Shown here piece by piece: positions 28,052 through 36,475 of a stretch of DNA of 64,000 nucleotides. The DNA comes from Candidatus Nanohalarchaeota archaeon (GTDB lineage Archaea; Nanohalarchaeota; Nanosalinia; Nanosalinales; Nanosalinaceae). Positions within the stretch are counted from its first letter, which is position 1, and each line of letters begins with the position of its first letter. The notes under the pieces are model-generated. The model saw only the letters and a list, made by a program, of their open reading frames with translations. It was not told the origin of the DNA and ran no database searches. A program made the translations under genes and the position numbers. The DNA lies in assembly GCA_022729235.1 (NCBI GenBank), contig JALDAJ010000001.1, forward strand, positions 64,001-128,000, read 5' to 3'.

Positions 28052-28328
28052 GGGAAGGTAGCTCAGGTGGTAAGAGCGCTGCGCTCATAACAACTTTATG
28101 AGCGATGAGGGTCACTGTCTCGCCATGCGTGACAGTTCGAGAAGATCACATCGTTCTTTAAAGAACGATGTTCAAACACCGTTTCCCGAAAACGGTGTGT
28201 CTCTGATCTTCGACCCGATGATTAAAACATCTTGAAGTGCGTTCGCTTTGCGAACGTGCTATGGTGATCGAACTTCCAGAAGTTCGTGAGATACGCAGAG
28301 GTCGCGGGTTCGAGTCCCGCCCTTCCCA
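28052..28328 (+). tRNA. tRNA(CAT), probably elongator Met, with a 203-nt intron (28090-28292) at position 37/38
   Basis: Acceptor GGGAAGG/CCTTCCC, anticodon stem CTGCG/CGCAG, T arm GCGGG-TTCGAGT-CCCGC; BHB with central CTCA/TGAG helix and TAA/ATA bulges. Lacks initiator features; Ile2 is not excluded. Confidence 0.9.
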
Positions 28329-28427
28329 TTTCTGCTTCCGAAATATTCGGAAGGAGATAGAGAAAATCTTTGATTTTCGAATGTATAGTCAGCGTGGTCG
28401 AGAAGCATCCGGGTTCGGATGCGTTCG

Positions 28428-28444
28428 TTCCCAACCTATAAACC
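28428..28444. repeat. 17-bp direct repeat, copy 1
   Basis: TTCCCAACCTATAAACC, identical at 29167-29183. Confidence 0.8.
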
Positions 28445-28569
28445 ATTCAGTTTGTAATCCAGTCCGCCCTTTCACCTGTTTTTCAAGAGATAACCTCTTC
28501 AGACTTATACAATATCCGGAAAATTCTTGAGCGCGCCATTTCTCGCTAAGTACAAATAATGTTATTAAA

Positions 28570-28584
28570 TATTGGTATCCAATA
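28570..28584 (+). promoter_or_regulatory. putative RHH operator palindrome
   Basis: TATTGG-tat-CCAATA, ending 7 nt before the antitoxin ATG. Confidence 0.45.
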
Positions 28585-28591
28585 AACCATC

Positions 28592-28822
28592 ATGGGAACG
28601 ACTACTGTTGATATTCCTGAGGCACTGGAGAATGGTATCGAAAGAGAACTTGAGAGAGGTAAGTATGCTTCCAAGTCCGAGCTTATCAGGGCGGCTATAA
28701 GAGCGTTTCTAGAGCAGGAGGATATGATTGTTGAGAGAACTCTTTCAGAAAAAGCAAAGGCTAGAATTGAAGAGGCTAGAGAACAGGACGACAGTGTTTC
28801 ACACAGAGAAGTATTCAGTTGA
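28592..28822 (+). CDS. ribbon-helix-helix antitoxin
   Basis: TTTVDIP...GKYASKSELIRAAIR; paralogous to 10642-10863. Confidence 0.8.
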   Translation: MGTTTVDIPEALENGIERELERGKYASKSELIRAAIRAFLEQEDMIVERTLSEKAKARIEEAREQDDSVSHREVFS

Positions 28823-28829
28823 TTAGAGA

Positions 28830-29102
28830 ATGATACCTATAGAGTATAAACCTGTAGCACAGTCAAGCATCCAAGATTTGGATGAAGAAGTCAGAGAAAT
28901 TATAGAAGAGAAGATAAAGGAAGTAAGAGAGAACGGAATCTTCAAGCACAGGAATGTTGGCATAGTTCACGATGAAGAATGGGGAGAAATATGGAGGATT
29001 AAAGCGAAGAACGCCATCGCTAACCATAGAGTGTTCTTCGATATACAGGATAACAAGATGGTCGTACTTGATGTTCTGCACAGAGATATCGCATATGACT
29101 AA
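28830..29102 (+). CDS. RelE/ParE-like toxin
   Basis: IWRIK...HRVFFDIQDNKMVVLDVLHRDIAYD. Confidence 0.78.
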   Translation: MIPIEYKPVAQSSIQDLDEEVREIIEEKIKEVRENGIFKHRNVGIVHDEEWGEIWRIKAKNAIANHRVFFDIQDNKMVVLDVLHRDIAYD

Positions 29103-29166
29103 ATGACAGAATTTCGTTACAACATTTACCATCTGAAGAAATCATGTCTTTTGTTTAGTAGCTCTC

Positions 29167-29183
29167 TTCCCAACCTATAAACC
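29167..29183. repeat. 17-bp direct repeat, copy 2
   Basis: Identical to 28428-28444. Confidence 0.8.
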
Positions 29184-29400
29184 TTAGAGAATACAGCTTT
29201 GATGACAGTACCCTTCACGGGTCTTCAGGTAGTTCTCATCAGTATGGACTCTGGAGCCGCATACTGCACAGAATCCTAGTCTCTGAGTTGTATCAGACAC
29301 GTATTATCTTCCCTCCCCTCGAGACATAAACTATCTGGATGTCTACTTAAACAACTCTACAGTCTGTACAATGAGTAACTTTCAGTAGCCGGACTGTTAT

Positions 29401-31074
29401 TCAAGAATGAGTGTAGTAGAACCTGTTCTCGTCCTCATACCTGACAAATCCGAAGCGTTCGAACTGTACAACCTCGTCTTCCTCTATATTGTTCGGTTCA
29501 ATCACACCCTCTACTTCCGAGGCATCAGGCATTACTACAGTTGCTTCCTCTGAACTTGTAGGCGTCCAGTGGATGATAGGCGCGTCTTCCTCGACCGCAA
29601 CAGTGTGGTCTCCCTCTACGTACTCCGCTGATTCTCCTTCAAGCTCGATATTGCATAACCCCTTGAGCCTCATGAGTCCATCCTGCAGGTCTTCCCTGTT
29701 GATAAGAACTTTGACCTTGCCGTCTTCACGGGCGAGTCCAGGAGTTCTCTCTCCTCTTTCAGGATAGTCAGGATGTAAAGGGATTTCAGGCTCCAGACTC
29801 TCCGGAACACCGCTTATCTCTATCTCTACAGGGTCGGCGACGAAGAAGTATCTATTGGACTTTTCTTCGACTATGTCACGGTTGTGGGCTTCTAGGGTAT
29901 CAACAGATGCCTCGATATCTTTCTCGTTGACACCCATCTCTATGAAGAACTCCTGTATTGCTTCAGGTCTAAACCCTCTTTTCCTTAACCCTGCGATTGT
30001 GGGTGCGCGGGGATCGTCCCATCTCTCTAGCTCTCCGTCGTCTATCATCTCTTTCAGCGTTGAACCGCTTACTGGTGCGTTGAAACCAGATATCTTGACG
30101 TTGCCCCAGTACCTTACCTCTGGATACTCCCATCCAAGATAGTCGTAGATATATTTCTGTCTCTTAGTTGATGCCCGCAAATCCTTACCGCGGACGATGT
30201 GAGTGGTCTCGGTGTAGTGATCCTCTATCGCCCCAGCGAAATCTAGCAGAGGCCAGACTCTGTAATCGTTTCCTGTCACCGGGTGGTCCGCGTCTTCGAT
30301 TATCCTGAATGCGACGAAGTCTCTTACCGCCGGGTTCTTATGGTCCAGATCAGTCTTGATTTTGAGAGTTGCACCACCCTCTGCAATATCTCCGTTCCTC
30401 ATCTCTTTCCAGTCTTCCATGTTTTCCTCCACGCTCTGACGGCGGTGGGGGCATGCTTCCCCCCTGGAACGGTATTCCTGACCTTCCTCAGGCTCACATT
30501 TACAGACATACGCCTTTTCCATCTTGATAAGCTCCTCTGCATGCTCGATGTACTTGTCGAACTGTTTCGAGCTGTAAACTATCTCATCCGGCTCGTATCC
30601 TAGCCACTCGTAGTCTTTCGGGTACATCTCATATGCATCAGCTTCTTCGGTCTTAAGCGGTCGCTTATTCCTTGGATCAGTATCGTCAAAACGTAGAACC
30701 AGCCTTCCGTCATACTTATCCCTTAGCTCGCCGTTGATCACCATTCCCCTGGCATGTCCGATGTGCGGAGGTCCGTTAGGGTTAGGCGCGAAACGTACTA
30801 CGACCTCGTCTTCTTCCGCTCCCGGCAGGTCAGGTATCGGGTCGTGCTCGTGTTCTTCTTCCTCGAACTCGTACTCTTCCAGCGCCTCTTCCTGTTCTCC
30901 GGGTGAAAGCTGGTTGACCTCAGAACATACTCTACCCGCGACTTCCTGGACTTCTTCCGGTTCGGCATCTTCCTCACTCATAATCTTTCCGATAACCGCT
31001 CCAGGGTTGCATTCTCCGCCGTACTCTACCGCGTTCTTCAGCGCGTACTTCCGGGCGAGTTCTTCAAGTTCCAT
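29401..31074 (-). CDS. gltX: glutamate--tRNA ligase (archaeal type)
   Basis: RFAPNPNGPPHIGH, LRFDDTDP, THIVRGKD, WDDPR and VQFERFGF. Confidence 0.96.
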   Translation of the reverse strand: MELEELARKYALKNAVEYGGECNPGAVIGKIMSEEDAEPEEVQEVAGRVCSEVNQLSPGEQEEALEEYEFEEEEHEHDPIPDLPGAEEDEVVVRFAPNPNGPPHIGHARGMVINGELRDKYDGRLVLRFDDTDPRNKRPLKTEEADAYEMYPKDYEWLGYEPDEIVYSSKQFDKYIEHAEELIKMEKAYVCKCEPEEGQEYRSRGEACPHRRQSVEENMEDWKEMRNGDIAEGGATLKIKTDLDHKNPAVRDFVAFRIIEDADHPVTGNDYRVWPLLDFAGAIEDHYTETTHIVRGKDLRASTKRQKYIYDYLGWEYPEVRYWGNVKISGFNAPVSGSTLKEMIDDGELERWDDPRAPTIAGLRKRGFRPEAIQEFFIEMGVNEKDIEASVDTLEAHNRDIVEEKSNRYFFVADPVEIEISGVPESLEPEIPLHPDYPERGERTPGLAREDGKVKVLINREDLQDGLMRLKGLCNIELEGESAEYVEGDHTVAVEEDAPIIHWTPTSSEEATVVMPDASEVEGVIEPNNIEEDEVVQFERFGFVRYEDENRFYYTHS

Positions 31075-31255
31075 GTTCAAGAAGTCGTGCAGAAATTCTT
31101 TATAACGAACGGATTCCAAGAACCAGTCTTCATAACAGCAGCTATCTACTAGCTCCCAGATAACTTGCCGAGAACAAGCTCGAAAGCAGGCAAGTTATGG
31201 CGAAGTATATCAAATACTCATAATCGATATAAGTATTGGTACATGTACACAGATT

Positions 31256-31483
31256 ATGGCTTCGAAAACAATATCTCTCAAAGAAGAAGCATATGAAAGG
31301 CTCAAAGCCCTGAAAACCAGCGATAAGAGCTTTTCCGACGTGGTGCTGGAGCTGACAGAGGACAAGAAAAAAGGCCTGGAAAAGCTCAGAGATGTCAAAA
31401 CAGACTACACTGTAGAAGAACTTATCGAAGACCGTGAAGAGGAGGAGTTCTCAGATGAAAGAAGAGAAGATTTACTTCGCTGA
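31256..31483 (+). CDS. vapB: VapB-type antitoxin
   Basis: KTISLKEEAYERLKALK...SFSDVV; palindrome GTACATGTAC upstream at 31239-31248. Confidence 0.82.
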   Translation: MASKTISLKEEAYERLKALKTSDKSFSDVVLELTEDKKKGLEKLRDVKTDYTVEELIEDREEEEFSDERREDLLR

Positions 31484-31826
31484 CACCAGTTTCCTTATAG
31501 ATATGATCCATGAAAGAGAAGAAACCATAGAATTGATTGAGACTGCTGAAAAAGTAATCACAAGCGCTCTATGCGCCTACGAACTTAACAAAAAGATAAG
31601 ATTTGACTTCAGCTCGATAGATGAGGCATTCATCAGACCCTTCAGAGTTGAAGATGCAGAGGAAGCCTCCAGACTTTCCAGGAAAATGGAAAGAAAAGGA
31701 GAGAAGATAAACGAGATAGACTACCTGATAGCAGCACAGGCACGAAACACAGGCATACCTGTACTAACCGCTGACCAGGACTTCAAAAAGATAGATGGTC
31801 TGGAAACCATCTTCTACAGGGACTAG
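31455..31826 (+). CDS. vapC: PIN-domain VapC toxin
   Basis: ADTSFLID, YEL, DYLIAAQA and LTADQDF. Confidence 0.88.
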   Translation: MKEEKIYFADTSFLIDMIHEREETIELIETAEKVITSALCAYELNKKIRFDFSSIDEAFIRPFRVEDAEEASRLSRKMERKGEKINEIDYLIAAQARNTGIPVLTADQDFKKIDGLETIFYRD

Positions 31827-33133
31827 CCTATCTCAATGGTGCGCCCGTTCTCGCCTATGAAGACGTTCTCTTCTAGGCTGTATCCTTCCTCTCTCGCGAG
31901 CTCAACGTAGTCGCCGAGCTTCTGGATGGTTCCGTGTGAAGGTACGATATTCTCCGGGTCAAGGTACCGGATGAAGTCTCGGTGATCCTCCTTGTGGGCG
32001 TGACCTGTCGTGTGGACATCCATGTAGAGCCGGACACCTTTCTCCTTCAGCTTCTTCTCAAGGCTGTACCGGTTCGCCTCAGTGAGAGGTGTCGGGATAG
32101 TCCTTGATGAGAAGATGACATGGTCATCCTTTGAAAGCTCGAACGGGTAAGTTCCAGATGCTAACTTGTCGAGCTGTGCGCCCGGTTCTCCCTGGTTACC
32201 TGTGGCAACGACAAGCCATTCCTCTTTCTCGTTGTCAACACGGTTCATCAGCTGTTCGACCTCATCGAAGTATGAGACAACTTCAACATCTGAGAGGTCG
32301 ATGAGCCCTAAATCTGCAGCGGCTTCAGTGTACTCCTTCAGCGAGCGACCGACGAACGCGACCTTCCTGCGACCATCGTTTGCCCTGAGCAGGGAATTAA
32401 GCCTTGATATCTGGGATGAGAACGTGGTCACGATGACCGCGCCTCCCGCCTCGTAGCACGAGTTCAGGACTCCACGGAGTTCGACTTCCACTGATTCCTC
32501 TGAACGTGCTCTACCCGGCGAACTTACCCTAGTAGTTCCCGGAATCATCAGTTTGACATTGTTGCTTCCTGCCTCTTTCAGCCGTTCTATATCGGTCGTC
32601 TCCTCGATAACCGGTGAGAAATCGATTTTCATGTCGTTCCCGTAAACCACTTTTCCTTCAGGCGTGTCGAGAAGAGACAGTGTCGCCTGCGGAATCGAGT
32701 GGTTAACGTGCATGAATTCGAGAGTGAGGTCGTCGTTAATCGCGTACTCATCTCCTTTCTCGACCGCGATAACGTCATTCTTGATGTTCTTCCGGTCGTC
32801 CTCCAGGATACCCTGGATAACTCTCTTTGTGTACGGTGTACACAGAATCGGTGCATCGTACGCGCCCGCGAGTTTTGGAATCGCTCCGACGTGGTCAAGG
32901 TGTCCGTGTCCTATGACGATCGCTTTGACATCTTTGTCCATTATCTGCTCGTCGAGAGGGATAGCCCCAGTCTCTAATGCATCATTGGTGGTCATCTCGT
33001 TGACTTCGCCATCAGCGTTGATGACCTCCTCCATTTCGAAACCCATGTCAAAAATAACTGTCTGATTTTGAACTTCAACTGCTGTCATGTTGCGGCCTAC
33101 TTCCTCGTAGCCGCCTAACGTATGTACTTTCAT
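31823..33133 (-). CDS. rnj: ribonuclease J (beta-CASP)
   Basis: GGYEEVGRNMT, HGHLDHVG, HSIP, TGNQGEP, HTTGH and PSHG. Confidence 0.93.
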   Translation of the reverse strand: MKVHTLGGYEEVGRNMTAVEVQNQTVIFDMGFEMEEVINADGEVNEMTTNDALETGAIPLDEQIMDKDVKAIVIGHGHLDHVGAIPKLAGAYDAPILCTPYTKRVIQGILEDDRKNIKNDVIAVEKGDEYAINDDLTLEFMHVNHSIPQATLSLLDTPEGKVVYGNDMKIDFSPVIEETTDIERLKEAGSNNVKLMIPGTTRVSSPGRARSEESVEVELRGVLNSCYEAGGAVIVTTFSSQISRLNSLLRANDGRRKVAFVGRSLKEYTEAAADLGLIDLSDVEVVSYFDEVEQLMNRVDNEKEEWLVVATGNQGEPGAQLDKLASGTYPFELSKDDHVIFSSRTIPTPLTEANRYSLEKKLKEKGVRLYMDVHTTGHAHKEDHRDFIRYLDPENIVPSHGTIQKLGDYVELAREEGYSLEENVFIGENGRTIEIG

Positions 33134-33197
33134 CTATTTTATCACGTTTCATACTTCTAGTTCAAAACAGGAACTCTTTTAAATAGAGAAGTCCGAT

Positions 33198-34118
33198 TTA
33201 GTAGACTTCCTGTATAAAGTTGTTAAACCGGTCGTAAGAGCCCGAACCCATAAATTCCCGGTATTCTCCGGTCTCCGTGTTGTAAATCAGGAATCCAGGA
33301 GTTCCTCTAACAAAGTCAGGGTTTCCTGGGTAATCAAAGGATTCCGCCTCCGCCTGGTCCTCTTCTACACTGTCAATGGTCTCCTGGTTGTCTATACAGC
33401 TCATAAGTTCCTCTGTATCCAGACCTGTTTGATCCGAGTACTGCTCTATCTCTGAACGGATAACTGCCGAGTTAAGCTCTCCCTGGTTCTGGTATATCCA
33501 GTTCTTCATATCCCAGAAAGCATCAGTGTCCTGTCTTAGAGCACACTGAACAGCTATATCCCCAGTGTCGCTGAGGGTGTGCATGGTGTTGAAGTGCTTG
33601 TAGAAGTACTGTACATCTCCTTCAGCCGCATACTCCTCGACTATCTTGTAGAAGTTCCCTGTGTTGTGTTCACCACAGAACCCGCAGTCAAAGTCTTCGT
33701 AAGTTACGATAACTATATCTGCTTCCTCGGAACCTATGTAAGGTTTACCCTGTAAACTCACGTCTCCGCCCGGCCATTCAAAGCTTCCTTCTCCCAGACC
33801 GGTGTTAAATTCTGATGCGTCGAACTCGTATTCTTCAGCAGGGGCGCCGTCAATCATCAGTTCATCGTCTTCTGTACCTGCGGTCGGTCGGTCCTGAGTT
33901 TGTTCTTCCTGCTGAGGCTGTTGTTCGGAATCTCCGGTTGGCGCAGCGTCACCTCCATCTTCTAGAGGGTTTTCTCCGAACTGGACGTATGTAGGCGGTT
34001 CATCATCTACAAAAACCGAGATAGCTACAGCACCTGCCAAGAAACCTGCCGCAAAAACCAGTACAAGCGCATTCCTGACAGTTAAAGTGATACTGACTGC
34101 ATTACCCTCTGTATCCAT
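33198..34118 (-). CDS. membrane-anchored DsbA-like thiol-disulfide oxidoreductase
   Basis: N-terminal TM, YEDFDCGFC (CxxC) and VRGTPGF (cis-Pro loop). Confidence 0.85.
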   Translation of the reverse strand: MDTEGNAVSITLTVRNALVLVFAAGFLAGAVAISVFVDDEPPTYVQFGENPLEDGGDAAPTGDSEQQPQQEEQTQDRPTAGTEDDELMIDGAPAEEYEFDASEFNTGLGEGSFEWPGGDVSLQGKPYIGSEEADIVIVTYEDFDCGFCGEHNTGNFYKIVEEYAAEGDVQYFYKHFNTMHTLSDTGDIAVQCALRQDTDAFWDMKNWIYQNQGELNSAVIRSEIEQYSDQTGLDTEELMSCIDNQETIDSVEEDQAEAESFDYPGNPDFVRGTPGFLIYNTETGEYREFMGSGSYDRFNNFIQEVY

Positions 34119-34187
34119 ACCCGCAACTTGGAATCATACGCTTTTGTATCCTTCGAACTCGCCACAGAAAGACCTCTCAAGCATCTT

Positions 34188-35789
34188 TTACTGGAGCACT
34201 CTTTCATCCCCGAACTCGTCTACATAGTGAACATTTCCGTCGATCCAGGCTGTCCCGGTATTCGCCGATGGACTGCTTCCAGTGGCTGCTCCATGATATC
34301 TTCTCTTATCTCCGTTCTGGTCTATCCAGTAGAAGTATTCTCCATCTATCCATGCGTGACCCTTACTACCGGTGTGACCTGAAGACTCCACATTGTTCTC
34401 GTTTATTATCCAGTACTCGGTGCTTCCATCCGTCCAGTGGAACGCATCTCCTTCAATCCATGCCATCCCCGGATCAGCCTCGCTGTTGGATTTAGTATCA
34501 CGCTGCATGCATGGACAGTCGTTCGTTTCACATGGTTCAGACTCAGTATCTGTGTACGTGTCAGAGTCACAGCTACCGCCGCTGCAACCCTTATAATCAG
34601 TACACTCCCCGTCCCTAGACATGGAGCCGTCATCATCACAGTACCAGTCACCCCAGTCATCACACTCCTCATCGGTACGGCAGGTCTCTACTGTATAAGT
34701 GTTCGTTCCTGTACAGCTTGTCGAAGTACAATCACCACCGTCACACCCTGTGTAATCAGTGCCTGTGTTCTCCTCATCCTGGACAACATCATCACCATCA
34801 CAGTAAGGATCACCAGTATCCTCCCAACTACACGTATCACCAGTAGAACACGAAGAACCATCATCAACCCAACGAGTCTCAGTAGAAGTATCTTCCTGGC
34901 ATGACCCGCCGCTACAACCCTCATAATCAGTACAACTACGCTCCTGCTCCTTTATCGGCTGATCACCGTCACAACTTGTCGCACCCGTATCACTCCAGGA
35001 ACCACAGTCCTCACCTGTAGGACACGACTCTACAGTGATCGTCCTACTACCACTGCAGCTTGTCCAAGTACAACTACCGCCGCTGCAGCCCGTGTAATCA
35101 GTGCCTGACTCCTCTTGATCCTGGACAACATCATTACCATCACAGTACTCGCTACCATCATCCTCCCAACTACACGTATCACCAGTAGAACACGAAGAAC
35201 CATCATCAACCCAACGAGTCCCGCTGCAGCTTGTTGAAGTACAGCTACCGCTACTACAACCAGTGTAATCAGTACCTTCATACGACTGCTCCTTCTGAGG
35301 CTGATCACCGTCACACCTCGTCGCACCTGTATCCTCCCAACTACAAGTATCACCAGTAGGACATGACTCGCTGCTGTAATCGCAGTAGCCGCCGCTCGAA
35401 GAACAGCTCCAGTCCCCGTTATACAGCCGTGTATCTCCATCACACGTGTCATCACAGCTCTGATAGTCATCCGAACTACCCCATTCACAGGTCCAGCCGC
35501 TCGAGGTACAGTCAGCCGAGCCATCATAATAACAGGTACCCATACCATCCATCTGATAGTCGCAGTCAGGATAATCACTGTCCTGACCGCTGTAATCACA
35601 TTGCTCTTCCATCTGATTACAGACACCGTCGTAGTAACAGGTCATCGAACCATCGACGTAAGTATCACAATCATAATCTGAACCACAAGTATTACCCCAG
35701 CCTGCAGAAACACCGGAAACCAGAGATAGTACCAATAGAGACAGAAGTATTGCAGATATAAGTAGTCCGCCAGGCAACCTGGTTTTCAC
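34188..35789 (-). CDS. secreted Cys-rich repeat protein (five ~57-aa repeats plus three GxAWIxG repeats)
   Basis: Signal peptide; repeats of type SCxTGDTCSWEDxG..CDG...TDYxGCSGGSC; GTG start overlapping the upstream stop (GTGA). Confidence 0.85.
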   Translation of the reverse strand: MKTRLPGGLLISAILLSLLVLSLVSGVSAGWGNTCGSDYDCDTYVDGSMTCYYDGVCNQMEEQCDYSGQDSDYPDCDYQMDGMGTCYYDGSADCTSSGWTCEWGSSDDYQSCDDTCDGDTRLYNGDWSCSSSGGYCDYSSESCPTGDTCSWEDTGATRCDGDQPQKEQSYEGTDYTGCSSGSCTSTSCSGTRWVDDGSSCSTGDTCSWEDDGSEYCDGNDVVQDQEESGTDYTGCSGGSCTWTSCSGSRTITVESCPTGEDCGSWSDTGATSCDGDQPIKEQERSCTDYEGCSGGSCQEDTSTETRWVDDGSSCSTGDTCSWEDTGDPYCDGDDVVQDEENTGTDYTGCDGGDCTSTSCTGTNTYTVETCRTDEECDDWGDWYCDDDGSMSRDGECTDYKGCSGGSCDSDTYTDTESEPCETNDCPCMQRDTKSNSEADPGMAWIEGDAFHWTDGSTEYWIINENNVESSGHTGSKGHAWIDGEYFYWIDQNGDKRRYHGAATGSSPSANTGTAWIDGNVHYVDEFGDERVLQ

Positions 35790-36448
35790 GGCTGCCAACC
35801 ACCTCCTTCAAAGGAAGCTACGCTCTCCTGCCCTGATGGGAACTCAAGCACCATGTGTTTATCCATGTTTTTACAGTCGTAACGAACATAGAACTCTCTC
35901 TCAGTCTTATTACATTCTTCCCCTAAATAAGAACTCACCAAATCAACTGCCTCGTTCCGGGACATATTATCAGGCAAAGCCAAGTGTACAAACCTATCGT
36001 TATATACTCCAATTTCAATTCCTTCCTCACAGTCACAGGAACTACCACCGCACTCACAGTCTAAAGCTTTTGAAACTCCTCTAGTGTAGTATGCGAACTT
36101 GGTGTTGTTAGAATACTCGCCCTCAAGAAACTTCGATCCAGAAGGATTGAACTTTGTTCCCGCCGTCCTGTTAACCTCAGCGTATCCGAAACACGCTGTC
36201 TGCTCACCGCATGGGAAACACGCGGTGTCAGTTCCGTTCATCTCGTCGAAGTAGAACTCTTCGCCTTCACAGCCGATAGCTGTCAGGCTCGAGTTGACTC
36301 TTTCATCCATGTACTCCGTTGAATTAGCATAGAACTCACTGCTATCCATCAAATCATCCTGTTCAGAGAGTAAAAGGTAAGAAGAGACGGCAGTTACCGA
36401 AATAATCACTACTAACAGGACTGCCAGCAAACCTTTTCTAGTTATCAT
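35786..36448 (-). CDS. membrane-anchored Cys-containing protein
   Basis: N-terminal TM followed by multiple Cys (ACFPCG, CECGGSSCDC). Confidence 0.7.
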   Translation of the reverse strand: MITRKGLLAVLLVVIISVTAVSSYLLLSEQDDLMDSSEFYANSTEYMDERVNSSLTAIGCEGEEFYFDEMNGTDTACFPCGEQTACFGYAEVNRTAGTKFNPSGSKFLEGEYSNNTKFAYYTRGVSKALDCECGGSSCDCEEGIEIGVYNDRFVHLALPDNMSRNEAVDLVSSYLGEECNKTEREFYVRYDCKNMDKHMVLEFPSGQESVASFEGGGWQP

Positions 36449-36475
36449 ATTATCGAGCCTCAATCCAGCACCACG

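Noticed and set aside
27825-28530. ORFs overlapping the tRNA cluster
   Set aside because: They are translations of tRNA and intron sequence; the intron is too short for a homing endonuclease.
29240-29271. Hairpin followed by ACA, a possible H/ACA RNA
   Set aside because: Too short, with no pseudouridylation pocket or K-turn.
31160-31198. 10-bp hairpin ATAACTTGCC/GGCAAGTTAT between gltX and vapB
   Set aside because: It is a single occurrence with no supporting motif, so no function can be assigned.
34500-35370. Regular DNA repeats resembling a CRISPR array
   Set aside because: They are in-frame protein repeats with no unique spacers and no cas genes.
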